In this document: in pieces, positions 26,856 through 37,611 of the stretch
How positions within the stretch are numbered: the stretch's first letter is position 1
Layout of the letters: the number at the start of each line of letters is the position of its first letter
NCBI GenBank assembly: GCA_032718475.1
Contig: JAUCBJ010004176.1
Span: forward strand, 1 to 64,000
Direction of reading: 5' to 3'
Length of the DNA stretch: 64,000 bases
Origin: Nemertoderma westbladi
Taxonomy: Eukaryota > Animalia > Xenacoelomorpha
Notes under the pieces: generated by a model
What the model was told of the DNA's origin: nothing
What the model saw: the letters and a program-made list of their open reading frames with translations, nothing else
Databases searched by the model: none
Translations under genes and position numbers: made by a program

Positions 26856-28446
26856 AACACCTAATTATGAAGTGATGATCAACAACCATGGCGGAAACGA
26901 TAATACAATTAAAATAAAGCAGCATAATAATAATATGGCCTCATGAAATATTTATGATGGATATTCGATGGATATTACCAATTCCAATTGACAAGCTCTG
27001 CCCGCATATATTATTTATGTTGAACCAGCAGCCCGAAGACAATAATATTTTATTATTAAATAAAGTCGTAAGTCGTTCTTGGATTAAACTAAATCGAACA
27101 TACTATAAAACGGAATACCGAGCAGTATAAACCAAGTATATTCAAATTATTCTCATTATGTTACGGATGATAGGTGTCTTGTTTCGTTGCCAAACCCAAG
27201 GCTGTGTCGTTTTATAGACAAATAGCATAAATAATTGCCAATTGTATTTAATGCAGCTGCTTAATTCACATATTTTTGACTCAGACTTGTCCATTTGTCA
27301 TTTTATATTATAGTTTTAGCTTATGGCAATTTAATGTTGTTTACTACAAAATAATGTAGACTTGTCTTGAAATTGTTATTTTCCAGTTGTAGGACCTACT
27401 GGTAATTAAATTATATTTATTGAAACCTGTGACATTTCTTTACTCAGGTGACTTCAAAACAGGCGGTAAATAATCGATCACTTTTTACAAACAGTTATTT
27501 ATATAATTGGGCGAACTAAGTTCATATCATATTCATCTTAAATTTATACATTAATTGTGGCCCACGCCGAGATCTTGGGACGTTAGTGACTGCGGGCACT
27601 AACGTCCCCCAATCCATGCCGATCCCGGTCTATAAGAGTTCCGATGCAGCAAGGCTTGCATCTTGGATCTCGGCCTGCTACTGACATCGTGCGATATGTT
27701 CTGATGTTAATGTACTGCATTCCCTTCTAAATTAATCACTCTCCGTATTCTTTTTCGAACTTATTCCATGCCATGTCATTGGCATGGGAAGCGCTTTATA
27801 CAATTACATAATGAGTTGTTTGTTTTACAATTCGAAAGAAATCATAAAAAGTGGTACCCGCCATGCCATAAAGTAGTAAATAGTTTAAAAATGAGAATAG
27901 TTGAATATAATATGCAATATATCTAAATGGCTAGACAGGTCTTCATGTATATGGTTGTATAGCAGGGACGGTAACCTTTGAAGAAATGATAGATGAAAAA
28001 TGTAAATTAATATAATATATGACTTTACTAGTCACAATTAAATTTATAGTATTTACTTTAGGAAATCTCAGATTAGAGTATAATTCCTTATCTAGATCAA
28101 TCAAAAGTCTGCCCGTTTATGCGACGGTCACTGTGGTACCGGTATACTTCATATCATTTATATTGCCAATCAGTTTTAATCACGAGTTACATACTCTCAG
28201 AATCTTAGTATTGTTAGTTGATATTTGATTTACCATCTACTGTTTAAATAACGTTTGCTCAATCACAGCTCAAAGTCACACCGATACCTTCTGTGTTAGT
28301 AAATATGTGTTGTACATTAATCTGAGTCACATAATATATACAGTTTTTAGTTGTTACTTTACTATACAAAGTTTTTTGATATAGATAGTACCGTACCGTA
28401 TCCATAAACCATGTAATAGTTGAAATTTTCGGTATGAAAATTCATA

Positions 28447-30816
28447 ATGAGTCGCATTCATTTACAACGACTTGGAATTTTAATATTTGTTTGTTTTCGC
28501 GAAATTAACTGTATAAATAATTGCGTTGTCAATACGTCCACCATTGATACTGTGGAACCGGCCAACTGTATACCCATCATTACTATTAAAAGCCAAACAC
28601 CAGCTAACCGACCACAGTGGTACGGGAGTGGAGTCGCTGGAACAAAGACCAGTTCAATTCAATGTGTCGGTCAGCTTAATAAATCGGACAATGTGGAACT
28701 TTTATATAATTACGTTAAAACTAAACAACTCGATGTAAACAACGCATTGCCTATTAACCAACCCGAAAGCGCCGGCATCTATCAATGTGTATCCAAGAAC
28801 GCATTGGGGACATTTATGTCCAGTTCAATGATATTCGATGTTATTGGGGAAGATCATGATGTTATCAACAACCGTTCAAATGAATACAACGCAACAGTTG
28901 GACTACCTTTGTACATTCAGTGCCCATTGTGGCGGAAAGGCATTAGCATTACTTGGGACTTATTGGATACAAGCGATGATAGGGACATACGTAGAATCCC
29001 AGATGATAAAGGCAATCTGAACATTGTTAAAGTTGAAAAGGCGGATGGAGATGGAATCAGCTGCGTAAGATATTCATTTCTCGAAACCGGAGCCCAAGAT
29101 CCAGTAGCCAAAAAGTTTCATTTTAAGATTAATGTTAACGAATCTCCTACCGATAATTATAATACAGATGAGAGCGATTTTGTTGACAAAGGCGAAACAT
29201 TGGTAGAACTTAAAATCCGTGTTGGATACAAAAAGAGATTGTCCTGCCCGTTTTCGCAACATGGTGATGTTTTATGGTACAAAGACGGTCAACGTATTAA
29301 CGAAATAGAAGACAAATTCATTAAAATAGATGAGCTATCCCCACAAATATTAAATTTAGAAAACGTGACACTAAATCACAGTGGTAGTTACATGTGTGAG
29401 CTCAATAATACAGGAGTAAAACGCACATTCAATGTTACAGTACTTACTCCTCCAATATTCAATATGCCCATTTTATTGCCCAGTGAACGGGCTTTCTATA
29501 ATGGAACGATAACAGCAATCTGCACTTTACAAGATAGACAGTACGAATTCCCTGAGAATGGTATTAAACTGTTAGCTAATGGAAAGGAAGTTACCAAAGA
29601 TTGCAAATCGGGATGTCCGATCGTAACCACCTCAGATAAAAATACCCTCATTATTACGATACACACCAGAAACAGAGATGAGACAACAGTGCTGCAATGC
29701 GCGGCAAAAAACACCCAAGGGACAACAATTGTACACGTAGTTACCGTCGTTTCAAGGGAGGGACCTCTCGGTGTTGCCAACATTACCGCTTTCCCCTTGG
29801 CCTGTGGTATGACTTTATGGTGGGATGAACCGTCATTAAGTGATATATTTTTCCGGATTACGTATAAGAGTAAATCCGGACAAAGAGTTCTGAATATCCC
29901 AGTGGAAGTAAATAGTACAAAGAAGTACTACACATTTCGGGGGTTGGGATGCGATGTCGAGTACATGTTCTACGTCAGATCGCTGAATAAAACATCGGGA
30001 TTGGCAGGAGAAACTGTGACACTTACAAACAGAACATTAAAGGGACAACATTTTTTTGATCTGCGCAAACCCGATAAACCAGAACTATTGAGTTACAACG
30101 ACGGAGTAATGAAACTTGTAATCCAGAAGTGGAATGGGAAGGGTTTGGCCCCGGAGGGACACTTTATAGAGAAGAGGAAATCGGAGAAGTCCGATAAGAA
30201 GAGAAGCGCCGACAATGAATGGACAGCGTCGAGTGATGTGCATCGCTGGAGTCGCAATCAAACGGTCGAGTTTGATGGACTTACAACTGGGAAATACTAT
30301 GAATTCCGCGTAGTTGCGTATTCGAATCCGCAATCTGTAAGAATTATGAAGCTGGGAGAAAGTAAAACATTCTTAGCCAAGGAAATTACAACGGAAAGAG
30401 GGAAGATGGAAGATGGGAAGATTGAAGAGAGAAGATCGAGACAAAGCTATGTAGCAGTAATAGTGGCAGTTATAATAGTAGTTATTCTCATTCTTCTACT
30501 CGGTTTACTTCTCACTCTAAAGTATAGCAGACACCGGGCCTCGTATCCCCTCAAAATTTATGAGAACAAATTTAGACATAAAGACGCTGTAAGTTATCCT
30601 TTGAAGGACGATAGAGGTGTGTTTCTAGAGATGGAGAAAATTCGTAGACCCCGGGGCAGACATGTGATTCACCGTGGATCGGCTATGGGAGAATCCGACA
30701 GCGAATCTTTGAATGAATACGATTGCGATAATACGAATAGTTTCTATAACGAAAACGGGAGTTTTATAGGACAATATAACAGACAATCGTGGCCGGGTGT
30801 TCCTCATGTGGTATGA
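28447..30816 (+). CDS. L1CAM/neuroglian-family cell adhesion molecule, short form, intronless, nested antisense in RPGR intron 4
   Basis: Signal peptide, about 4 Ig domains (WYKDG, SGSYMC, GIYQC), 2 FN3, a transmembrane helix, and the cytoplasmic ankyrin-binding motif NENGSFIGQY. Confidence 0.9.
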   Translation: MSRIHLQRLGILIFVCFREINCINNCVVNTSTIDTVEPANCIPIITIKSQTPANRPQWYGSGVAGTKTSSIQCVGQLNKSDNVELLYNYVKTKQLDVNNALPINQPESAGIYQCVSKNALGTFMSSSMIFDVIGEDHDVINNRSNEYNATVGLPLYIQCPLWRKGISITWDLLDTSDDRDIRRIPDDKGNLNIVKVEKADGDGISCVRYSFLETGAQDPVAKKFHFKINVNESPTDNYNTDESDFVDKGETLVELKIRVGYKKRLSCPFSQHGDVLWYKDGQRINEIEDKFIKIDELSPQILNLENVTLNHSGSYMCELNNTGVKRTFNVTVLTPPIFNMPILLPSERAFYNGTITAICTLQDRQYEFPENGIKLLANGKEVTKDCKSGCPIVTTSDKNTLIITIHTRNRDETTVLQCAAKNTQGTTIVHVVTVVSREGPLGVANITAFPLACGMTLWWDEPSLSDIFFRITYKSKSGQRVLNIPVEVNSTKKYYTFRGLGCDVEYMFYVRSLNKTSGLAGETVTLTNRTLKGQHFFDLRKPDKPELLSYNDGVMKLVIQKWNGKGLAPEGHFIEKRKSEKSDKKRSADNEWTASSDVHRWSRNQTVEFDGLTTGKYYEFRVVAYSNPQSVRIMKLGESKTFLAKEITTERGKMEDGKIEERRSRQSYVAVIVAVIIVVILILLLGLLLTLKYSRHRASYPLKIYENKFRHKDAVSYPLKDDRGVFLEMEKIRRPRGRHVIHRGSAMGESDSESLNEYDCDNTNSFYNENGSFIGQYNRQSWPGVPHVV

Positions 30817-31269
30817 GACATGCGAAGAGAAGCATCAGTGATAGAACAATGTTCACAAAGGCCCAATTACCGACCAATTGTCCGCGGTTCAATAATTGCG
30901 GCATGATGGCCACCATTCATTGACTATTTATTATCGAATTGAGATAAAACTTGGTACGCATGTATATATAACCGGAATTGCAGCTTCGCGCCGCTAAAAA
31001 TATTATGATTAATAATCAAGACGTCAATGAAATTCAGCAATACTTTATGATATTTTTTGTTCTCGTGCAACTCAAAGTTCCACGAACCTTTTTTTAAATG
31101 TTTTTTAATAAGTTGGTTTATAACCTTGTGCTGTGTTTTATTACAATATGTTATTTATCGGAAATATAATAGAGTTTGTGTGCGAAAAAATAGTATATTT
31201 AGAAACAGATAGAGTTGTTTACTTAACAAACAAATTCCGTGACCTATGGTGGTCCTATTATGTAATAAA

Positions 31270-31497
31270 TTAATTGTATTGTAGTTGAGCTGTTAATGCA
31301 ACTTTAATGAATGATGTTGTAATAAGTTGTTCAGAAATGGAAAAAAAATGAGAAAGCACGTCACCGGGGGTTGAACCAGGGCTATGTACGTTTCGGCCTA
31401 TCAGGCCTCGTCAGTAGCGCTAACCAGTTCAGCCACTCTCCCCTGACACTCGCCTTTCTATTTATTCCAGTTCGAGTGGACAGGCAGTCTTTAGCAA
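31270..31497 (-). mobile_element. Third copy of the hammerhead/tRNA-like element (ribozyme 31378-31421, probably inactive)
   Basis: Minus strand GTCAGGGGAGAGTGGCTGAACTGGTTAGCGCTA-CTGACGA-GGCCTGATAGGCC-GAAACGTACATAGCCCT-GGTTCAACCCCCGGTGAC then a T-run; 2-nt deletion at the cleavage triplet. Confidence 0.8.
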
Positions 31498-31827
31498 CCC
31501 CCCCCCCCCACCCTCCGTGTGATTGCACCTATTATGTAACTCACCAGTAACGACGGCGGTGTGATTAATTCCGCAACCCCCCCCCCACACCCTCTGTGTG
31601 ACTGCACTTATTATGTAACTCACCAGTAACGACGGCGGTGTGATTAACTCCGCAACCTCCCCCCCCCCCCCCCCCCTCTGTGTGATTGCACCTATTATGT
31701 AACTCACCAGTAACGACGGCGGTGTGATTAATTCCGCAACCCCCCCCCCCCCCCCCCCCACACCCTCTGTGTGACTGCACTTATTATGTAACTCACCAGT
31801 AACAACGGCGGTGTGATTAACTCCGCA
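31498..31827. repeat. 79-89-bp tandem repeat (about 4 units) of the RPGR exon 4 end plus donor plus poly-G
   Basis: ACTG|GTGAGT donors at 31796, 31707, 31623 and 31544. Confidence 0.92.
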
Positions 31828-32096
31828 CTGTACCGACTCCGCATTCTCCCCCAACTCAACCAACTCGGGTCGCATTAACGAGTTCTCCGAGTAACCCAGC
31901 TTCCCTTTATCCGCCTCCCCGAACGTAAAGACCTGACCCCGACGGGTGACCACAGCCGAGTGGTAGTAACCGCAGGATATACCGACCACCGGGGAGTCCA
32001 ACGCCGGTAGTTCGGTGGGAGTTGGCCGATCGGTGCGGTTTCTGGTACCGAGTTGACCCTCAGTGTTGCTTCCCCAGACGTAAACCCGACCGTCGT
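31797..32096 (-). CDS. RPGR: RPGR exon 4, RCC1 repeats
   Basis: ttag| and |GTGAGT, 300 nt, phase 1-1. DGRVYVWGSNTEGQLG...ISCGYYHSAVVT...CGVNHTAVVT. Confidence 0.95.
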
Positions 32097-32395
32097 CTAA
32101 AAATAAAAAATAACAATCATTTATTTAACACAAACTTACTTTTTTCCTTGGGGGTAATAAGTTCAACTTTTTCTCCCGATTTTGGGGCATATTCGAGCGA
32201 AATACTAATAAACCAAAGCACTTTTAAAAACCAAAATAATAATCTTAAAAATTAGTACAGTAATACAGTAAGCTGGTATCGAGTATTGCTCATGTTTGGT
32301 TAGTGGTTTACCCCACCATCTCTAAAAATGTTTCTGTCAACACTCAATCTATAACTAGCTAAAATAATATAAAATTATTCTAGAATGCAACAAAA

Positions 32396-32467
32396 GGGCT
32401 TGTCCGGGAGTCGAACCCGGGACCTCTCGCACCCAAAGCGAGAATCATGCCTCTAGACCAACAAGCC
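32396..32467 (-). tRNA. tRNA-Pro(TGG) in RPGR intron 3
   Basis: GGCTTGTTGGTCTAGAGGCATGATTCTCGCTTTGGGTGCGAGAGGTCCCGGGTTCGACTCCCGGACAAGCCC; 72-nt cloverleaf followed by a T4 terminator. Confidence 0.97.
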
Positions 32468-32694
32468 GCGATGGAACTTATTTCGGAAATAACGATACCA
32501 TGCAATTCGAAGTTAAGAAGTCAATTAAGGAAATATACAGACGGGTAGGCATAGTAGTAATGTACGATGTAACATATGGCTGATAACCGAAAATAAACAA
32601 TATAAAGGCATGTGGGGGGTTAACATAATGTATTACTGTATAACAACACTACGAACATCTGTTACCTAGTAACCAACCACATCCAACAACTAAC

Positions 32695-32913
32695 CAGTGA
32701 GTGCCATGGAGTGGTCGGCGCCAGCAGCCAGATCCCTGTAGGTCTGATGCTCTAGATGGGTGATTAGTAGAGGTACGTCGGATTTATTGCGGCTACCGGT
32801 ACCCAACTGGCCGTCTTCCCCAGCCCCGAACGCGTAAATCTTACCGGTGTTGGTAGCGGCGAGCGTGTGGATTCTACCGCAGGTTACATGAGTTATTTTT
32901 TCGTGCTTCAGAG
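32695..32913 (-). CDS. RPGR: RPGR exon 3, RCC1 repeats
   Basis: ttttag| and |GTTAGT, phase 1-1. LKHEKITHVTCGRIHTL...GQLGTG...AAGADHSMALT. Confidence 0.95.
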
Positions 32914-32987
32914 CTAAAATAAACAAAAAAATATACAAATGAAAAAAAGAAAACCTTAGCATTGGTGACATTGGTGGCATAACTATT

Positions 32988-33128
32988 TACATACTTGTGT
33001 GTAAAGTAGCACTTTACAGTGTGATGATCCGAGTGGCTTTGTTACACGAACGAACGTTAGTGAGTGAGTGAGTGAAAATAAAGCCACGAGGATCAGAACA
33101 CTGTAAAGTACTTTGCAACAAGTATGTA
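32988..33128. repeat. Imperfect palindrome, probably part of a MITE
   Basis: TACATACTTG...CTTTACAGTGT...GTGGCTTT paired with AAAGCCAC...ACACTGTAAAG...CAAGTATGTA. Confidence 0.65.
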
Positions 33129-33699
33129 TGTAGTTTTATTCCAAAATTTTAACATTACGAAATGATTGTACATATACATTATAAGTGATAGAAACTGCAC
33201 GAATTATATTAGTTGCTGTATAAATAAATGTAAAAATGACATAAATTATGTTATAAATAAGTTAGTTTATATTTATCGCGGCGTTTTGGAGCCGTTATAA
33301 TAATATAGCTAGGCCCTACTGGTTATTAATAGCTATACCCCACCTACCGGTAGGTAATGCAGTAGGCCTATCTGGATGTGAGGCAAATTTCCACCTATTA
33401 TTTACGTGGCGTTAAGTAATGTCCAATAAGGGGACATTACTTAACTGATAACACCAAATACGATATATCGTATTTGGCATAAATTATCACCCATATCGAT
33501 TGACTGAACAGTGAACCTGAACAGTACAAATACTTCTACGTAAAGTCGGCCTAGTTACTTACCAGTTTAGTCCACAGAGCAACGTAATTTGTCTAACCAT
33601 TTAATCATTTTATTGCCATTTTGGTTGGTACAATATAGGGAGCTCAACGCGAACCGTACCGTACCGCGCCTATCAGATTAGGCGCCCTAGTTCCTACAT

Positions 33700-34225
33700 T
33701 ACACCACCGCATCATATTATAATCGCATCAGGGATCCCATTGATAGACTGCTCCATGGAAATCAGAATGGGTTCCGTAAAGGTCGTGGGACCATGGAGCC
33801 CATTTTGGCACTTAGAAGGATAATTGAAGAGTTATCAAAAAAGAAAGACAGGCATCTGGCTGTTATCTTTGTTGACTTCTTCAAGGCCTTTGATTCAGTC
33901 TCTCGCTCACGTATGTTCAGCATACTTTCATTATATGGGATTCCTGGTGAAATTATTGCAGCAATCAGATCAGTATACGATGGTTCGACAACATTTGTGT
34001 CTACTGTTGACGGTGACACAGAACCATTTGTAGTGCTATGGGGAATCATTAGCTCATTAGAACATGCTGCTTCTAGTGTTGGTCTTTTTATTAACTCCAA
34101 AAAGACCAAAATTTTGACAGTTAACTTTGAAAGTCCTCAGCAAGTCTCTGATCGGATGAGCATAAGCTCAAAGGATGGTATGCTTGAGCATGTGGATGAC
34201 TTCTTTTACCTGGGATACGTGGCGG
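33700..34225 (+). mobile_element. RTE-like LINE reverse transcriptase fragment with an internal deletion
   Basis: QNGFRKGRGT...FVDFFKAFDSVSR...GLFINSKKTKIL...DFFYLG; the QG and YADD motifs are missing. Confidence 0.85.
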
Positions 34226-34883
34226 CGCAATTTTGTCGACAAGCCGGCACAGCATTTTTAATATATATGTAATATATATATAATGCAGCTGCAATGCAGC
34301 ATGCCGATCCTAGTACTGTAGTAGTAGTACATTACACGCTTGTAGCTAAAGATTGAAAGCAAAAATAAAAATTCTGGCTCACCAACTAAGCAGGATGAGG
34401 GTAGTGGAACTAACTCTGTTTCAAATTTCATGCTATCTCATTAAGGGTCATTCGTGGGGGGGGGGGGGGGGGGGGGGGGGGGGCATGTACCTGAATAACG
34501 ACACTACATTCCAGGACAGGGTGTAATATTTCAACAATTTGTTATCTCTGTGGCAACACCAAAAAATATGTTAGAGGCCGTAATTTTTTTGAAAATGGTT
34601 TTTATCGCATTCTTTAAAAACACATTGTAGAAAAGTAACAATCATTATTTTAAGGAAATTAAAATGTTTTTTTTTCAAAATTTTGATAGACTGATGGCAA
34701 CCGCAGCAATAAATGTTTCAAATTTTTAATCAGGGGTTTAACTGTAATTACTGACTTAATAAACTCAATAAACTAAACTCAATAAGATTTCTTAGATTAG
34801 AGCCTCATTACTAAATATTTACGAACATCGCGTAATTATAGCCAAACAGCTGCATTATATACATTTATTTACGACGGACTTAC

Positions 34884-35102
34884 ATTTAACGCAACTTGGT
34901 TTGGTAACGGGTCGGGTGTGTCCCAGTCCCAACTGACCCCACTCGTTCGCACCCATCATGTAGAGTTTACCCAACGAGGTAACAATGGCAGTGTGTTCGT
35001 CGCCACAGACGACCTGTACAACGGGGTCATTGCGGATCCAGAAGCGACCGGGTTGGTTGTCGTTGAACCGGGTCTTACCGTAGGTAAATACAGCGCCGTA
35101 GT
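34884..35102 (-). CDS. RPGR: RPGR exon 2, start of RCC1-like domain
   Basis: ccccag| and |GTAAGT. Translates DYGAVFTYGKTRFNDNQPGRFWIRNDPVVQVVCGDEHTAIVT...GQLGLG...KPSCVK, a characteristic RPGR N-terminus. Confidence 0.95.
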
Positions 35103-35905
35103 CTGGGGAAATAAATCAAAGAATGAAGTTTCGGGCCAGTGTAGTAACAGGTTACATTGACGCCCGTGTGAAGTATATCAGAGTTTACTGCTGTTATATT
35201 TCACCCCGGCGTCACGGTCTGAGCCCCCCCCCCCCCCCCCCCCCCCCCCGAAGTAAAAAAAATGGGGCCACCGAAATAAAACAAAATTGGTCCTCTGAAA
35301 GAAAAAAAAAAAGAGAAATATTCCGAAATATATTTCCAAAAGATTTGACAATATTCTGTCAGCCAGGCTGCATCCAGGTCACCCACTATTAAACATTTCC
35401 TTCTATAAGTGTAATAATTTATATTATTAATTTTTAATGGATAATAGGCCAGGCTTAATTAAATGGCTTTTTGCGAGCCTTCGCAGCAGCAAATGTATTA
35501 ACTAGTTTTTTTGATATTTAGATTCGTGCAGTATTATGTTCTATTGCTATTAATTGTTGCCAGTGCTGACATTCTAGAAATAATTGGTCATTGTTGTTCC
35601 GAGGTCCGTTTTTATTAGTTTCAGTTTGTTAAAGCTTCTCTCAGCACCCGCTACCGTCACTGGGATAGTTAAACCCGTACAAGTCTAACCCGCAACAGTT
35701 CGCGCCCCTGAGTATGCCTAGTCTATTGTGTTCAAATTGTGACTCCCCCCCCCCCCCCCCCTTTGGTTTGGCTGTTGCCATATGTCTCGTATTGAAGTAT
35801 TGGCTATGTCAGTATGTGGGGCCCTGGCGTGCTCGGGCCCCTAACGCCGCCACTACTACCCCCCCCCCCCCCCACCCCCAATCAACATTTGATTAAAAAA
35901 CAAAC

Positions 35906-35936
35906 CTGGAATTTCCTCATCGTCCGAGAATGTCAT
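35906..35936 (-). CDS. RPGR: RPGR orthologue, coding exon 1 (MTFSDDEEIP)
   Basis: ATG at 35936, donor CAG|GTTTGT, phase 1. Joins to give MTFSDDEEIPDYGAVF, resembling the human RPGR start MREPEELMPDSGAVF. Likely 5'UTR intron 35964-36267. Confidence 0.85.
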
Positions 35937-36057
35937 TGTGAATAATAAATTAACAGTGTTCACCTGAAATCATTGTTATTGCAACGTGAACGATAATAGG
36001 CCTAACGTAATATAAAAGGCTGAATATAAATTATATGCGTTAAGAATAACAGGGAAA

Positions 36058-36260
36058 TTATCAATATAGATTGATAACTTATCAATATAGATTGATAACT
36101 TATCAATATAGATTGATAACTTATCAATATAGATTGATAACTTATCAATATAGATTGATAACTTATCAATATAGATTGATAACTTATCAATATAGATTGA
36201 TAACTTATCAATATAGATTGATAACTTATCAATATAGATTGATAACTTATCAATATAGAT
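36058..36260. repeat. 21-bp hairpin-forming minisatellite, about 10 copies
   Basis: TTATCAAT-ATAG-ATTGATAA-C, with a perfect 8-bp stem per unit. Confidence 0.95.
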
Positions 36261-37065
36261 TTCTTACGGTGCGCGAGATAAGGTCAATAAGAAGTATAAA
36301 CCGGTACTGGAGCAGAACATTTAGACCAACTCGCTTGCCGTTACCGGTAACCGAAAAATGCAACCCATAAATCTGTGGCTGCGTGGGCTGTTCTGTCGAG
36401 TCAATGGCTCAAAATGACCGCAAAGCAAGGTTAGTGGGTTTGATAAATGAATTTAAAACATTAAGAGAAAGAAGCTGGTTACAGTGCGGCGGTGTTTTCT
36501 AACAAAAATAATAAACGATAGGCCTACGTTATTTCCCTTGCGGTCAATTTGCCCTGAAGATCACAATTTTGACTAGCGGTCAATTTAATGAATCCGTTAA
36601 CAACGACCGTTAACCGTTCTGTTTCCGGTCACTGGGTCAATCGTCAATGTCTGCTGGCTGGCTGGCTGGGGAGGGTTAAGGTTCGTCAACGACGTAAGGA
36701 TACCGGTTCTGCGGTTTACGCGGAAAACAAAGGCGCGGTAGCCTAGAAGAGAACAATAAAATCAGCAAATATATGAAATGCCAAAATGAACAACGCAGCA
36801 CTCGTTAGGCTGTTAGGTAGGTATCGGTACCGTAGTTAGAACTTAGAAGAGCAGAACCGGTACCGGTATAACAAACAGTATAAACGGTAGGCTGGTAGGT
36901 ACTGTAGTTCTCACATAATTCACTATCAGGCAATGTGATGTTTCTAGGCAACGGATATGAAAATGGTGAATAAATTTGATGTATTTAATTTCTGAATTTA
37001 AATTTAATTATTCCTTTAGTTACCAATATATTCCACTGTTGCATTGGGTTCCACTTTGAATATAT

Positions 37066-37611
37066 TCCGTCCGTAAGTTACACACTCGTGGGGCCTTCGC
37101 GCAGCACTCCGTCCGTAAGTTACACACTCGTGGGGCCTTCGCGCAGCACTCCGTCCGTAAGTTACACACTCGTGGGGCCTTCGCGCAGCACTCCGTCCGT
37201 AAGTTACACACTCGTGGGGCCTTCGCGCAGCACTCCGTCCGTAAGTTACACACTCGTGGGGCCTTCGCGCAGCACTCCGTCCGTAAGTTACACACTCGTG
37301 GGGCCTTCGCGCAGCACTCCGTCCGTAAGTTACACACTCGTGGGGCCTTCGCGCAGCACTCCGTCCGTAAGTTACACACTCGTGGGGCCTTCGCGCAGCA
37401 CTCCGTCCGTAAGTTACACACTCGTGGGGCCTTCGCGCAGCACTCCGTCCGTAAGTTACACACTCGTGGGGCCTTCGCGCAGCACTCCGTCCGTAAGTTA
37501 CACACTCGTGGGGCCTTCGCGCAGCACTCCGTCCGTAAGTTACACACTCGTGGGGCCTTCGCGCAGCATTCCGTCCGTAAGTTACACACTCGTGGGGCCT
37601 TCGCGCAGCAC
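37066..37611. repeat. 42-bp minisatellite, 13 copies
   Basis: TCCGTCCGTAAGTTACACACTCGTGGGGCCTTCGCGCAGCAC; 546 bp equals 13 x 42. Confidence 0.97.

Noticed and set aside
36002-36370. ISYQSIL and ITYQYRL repeat ORFs
   Set aside because: Translation of the 21-bp minisatellite.
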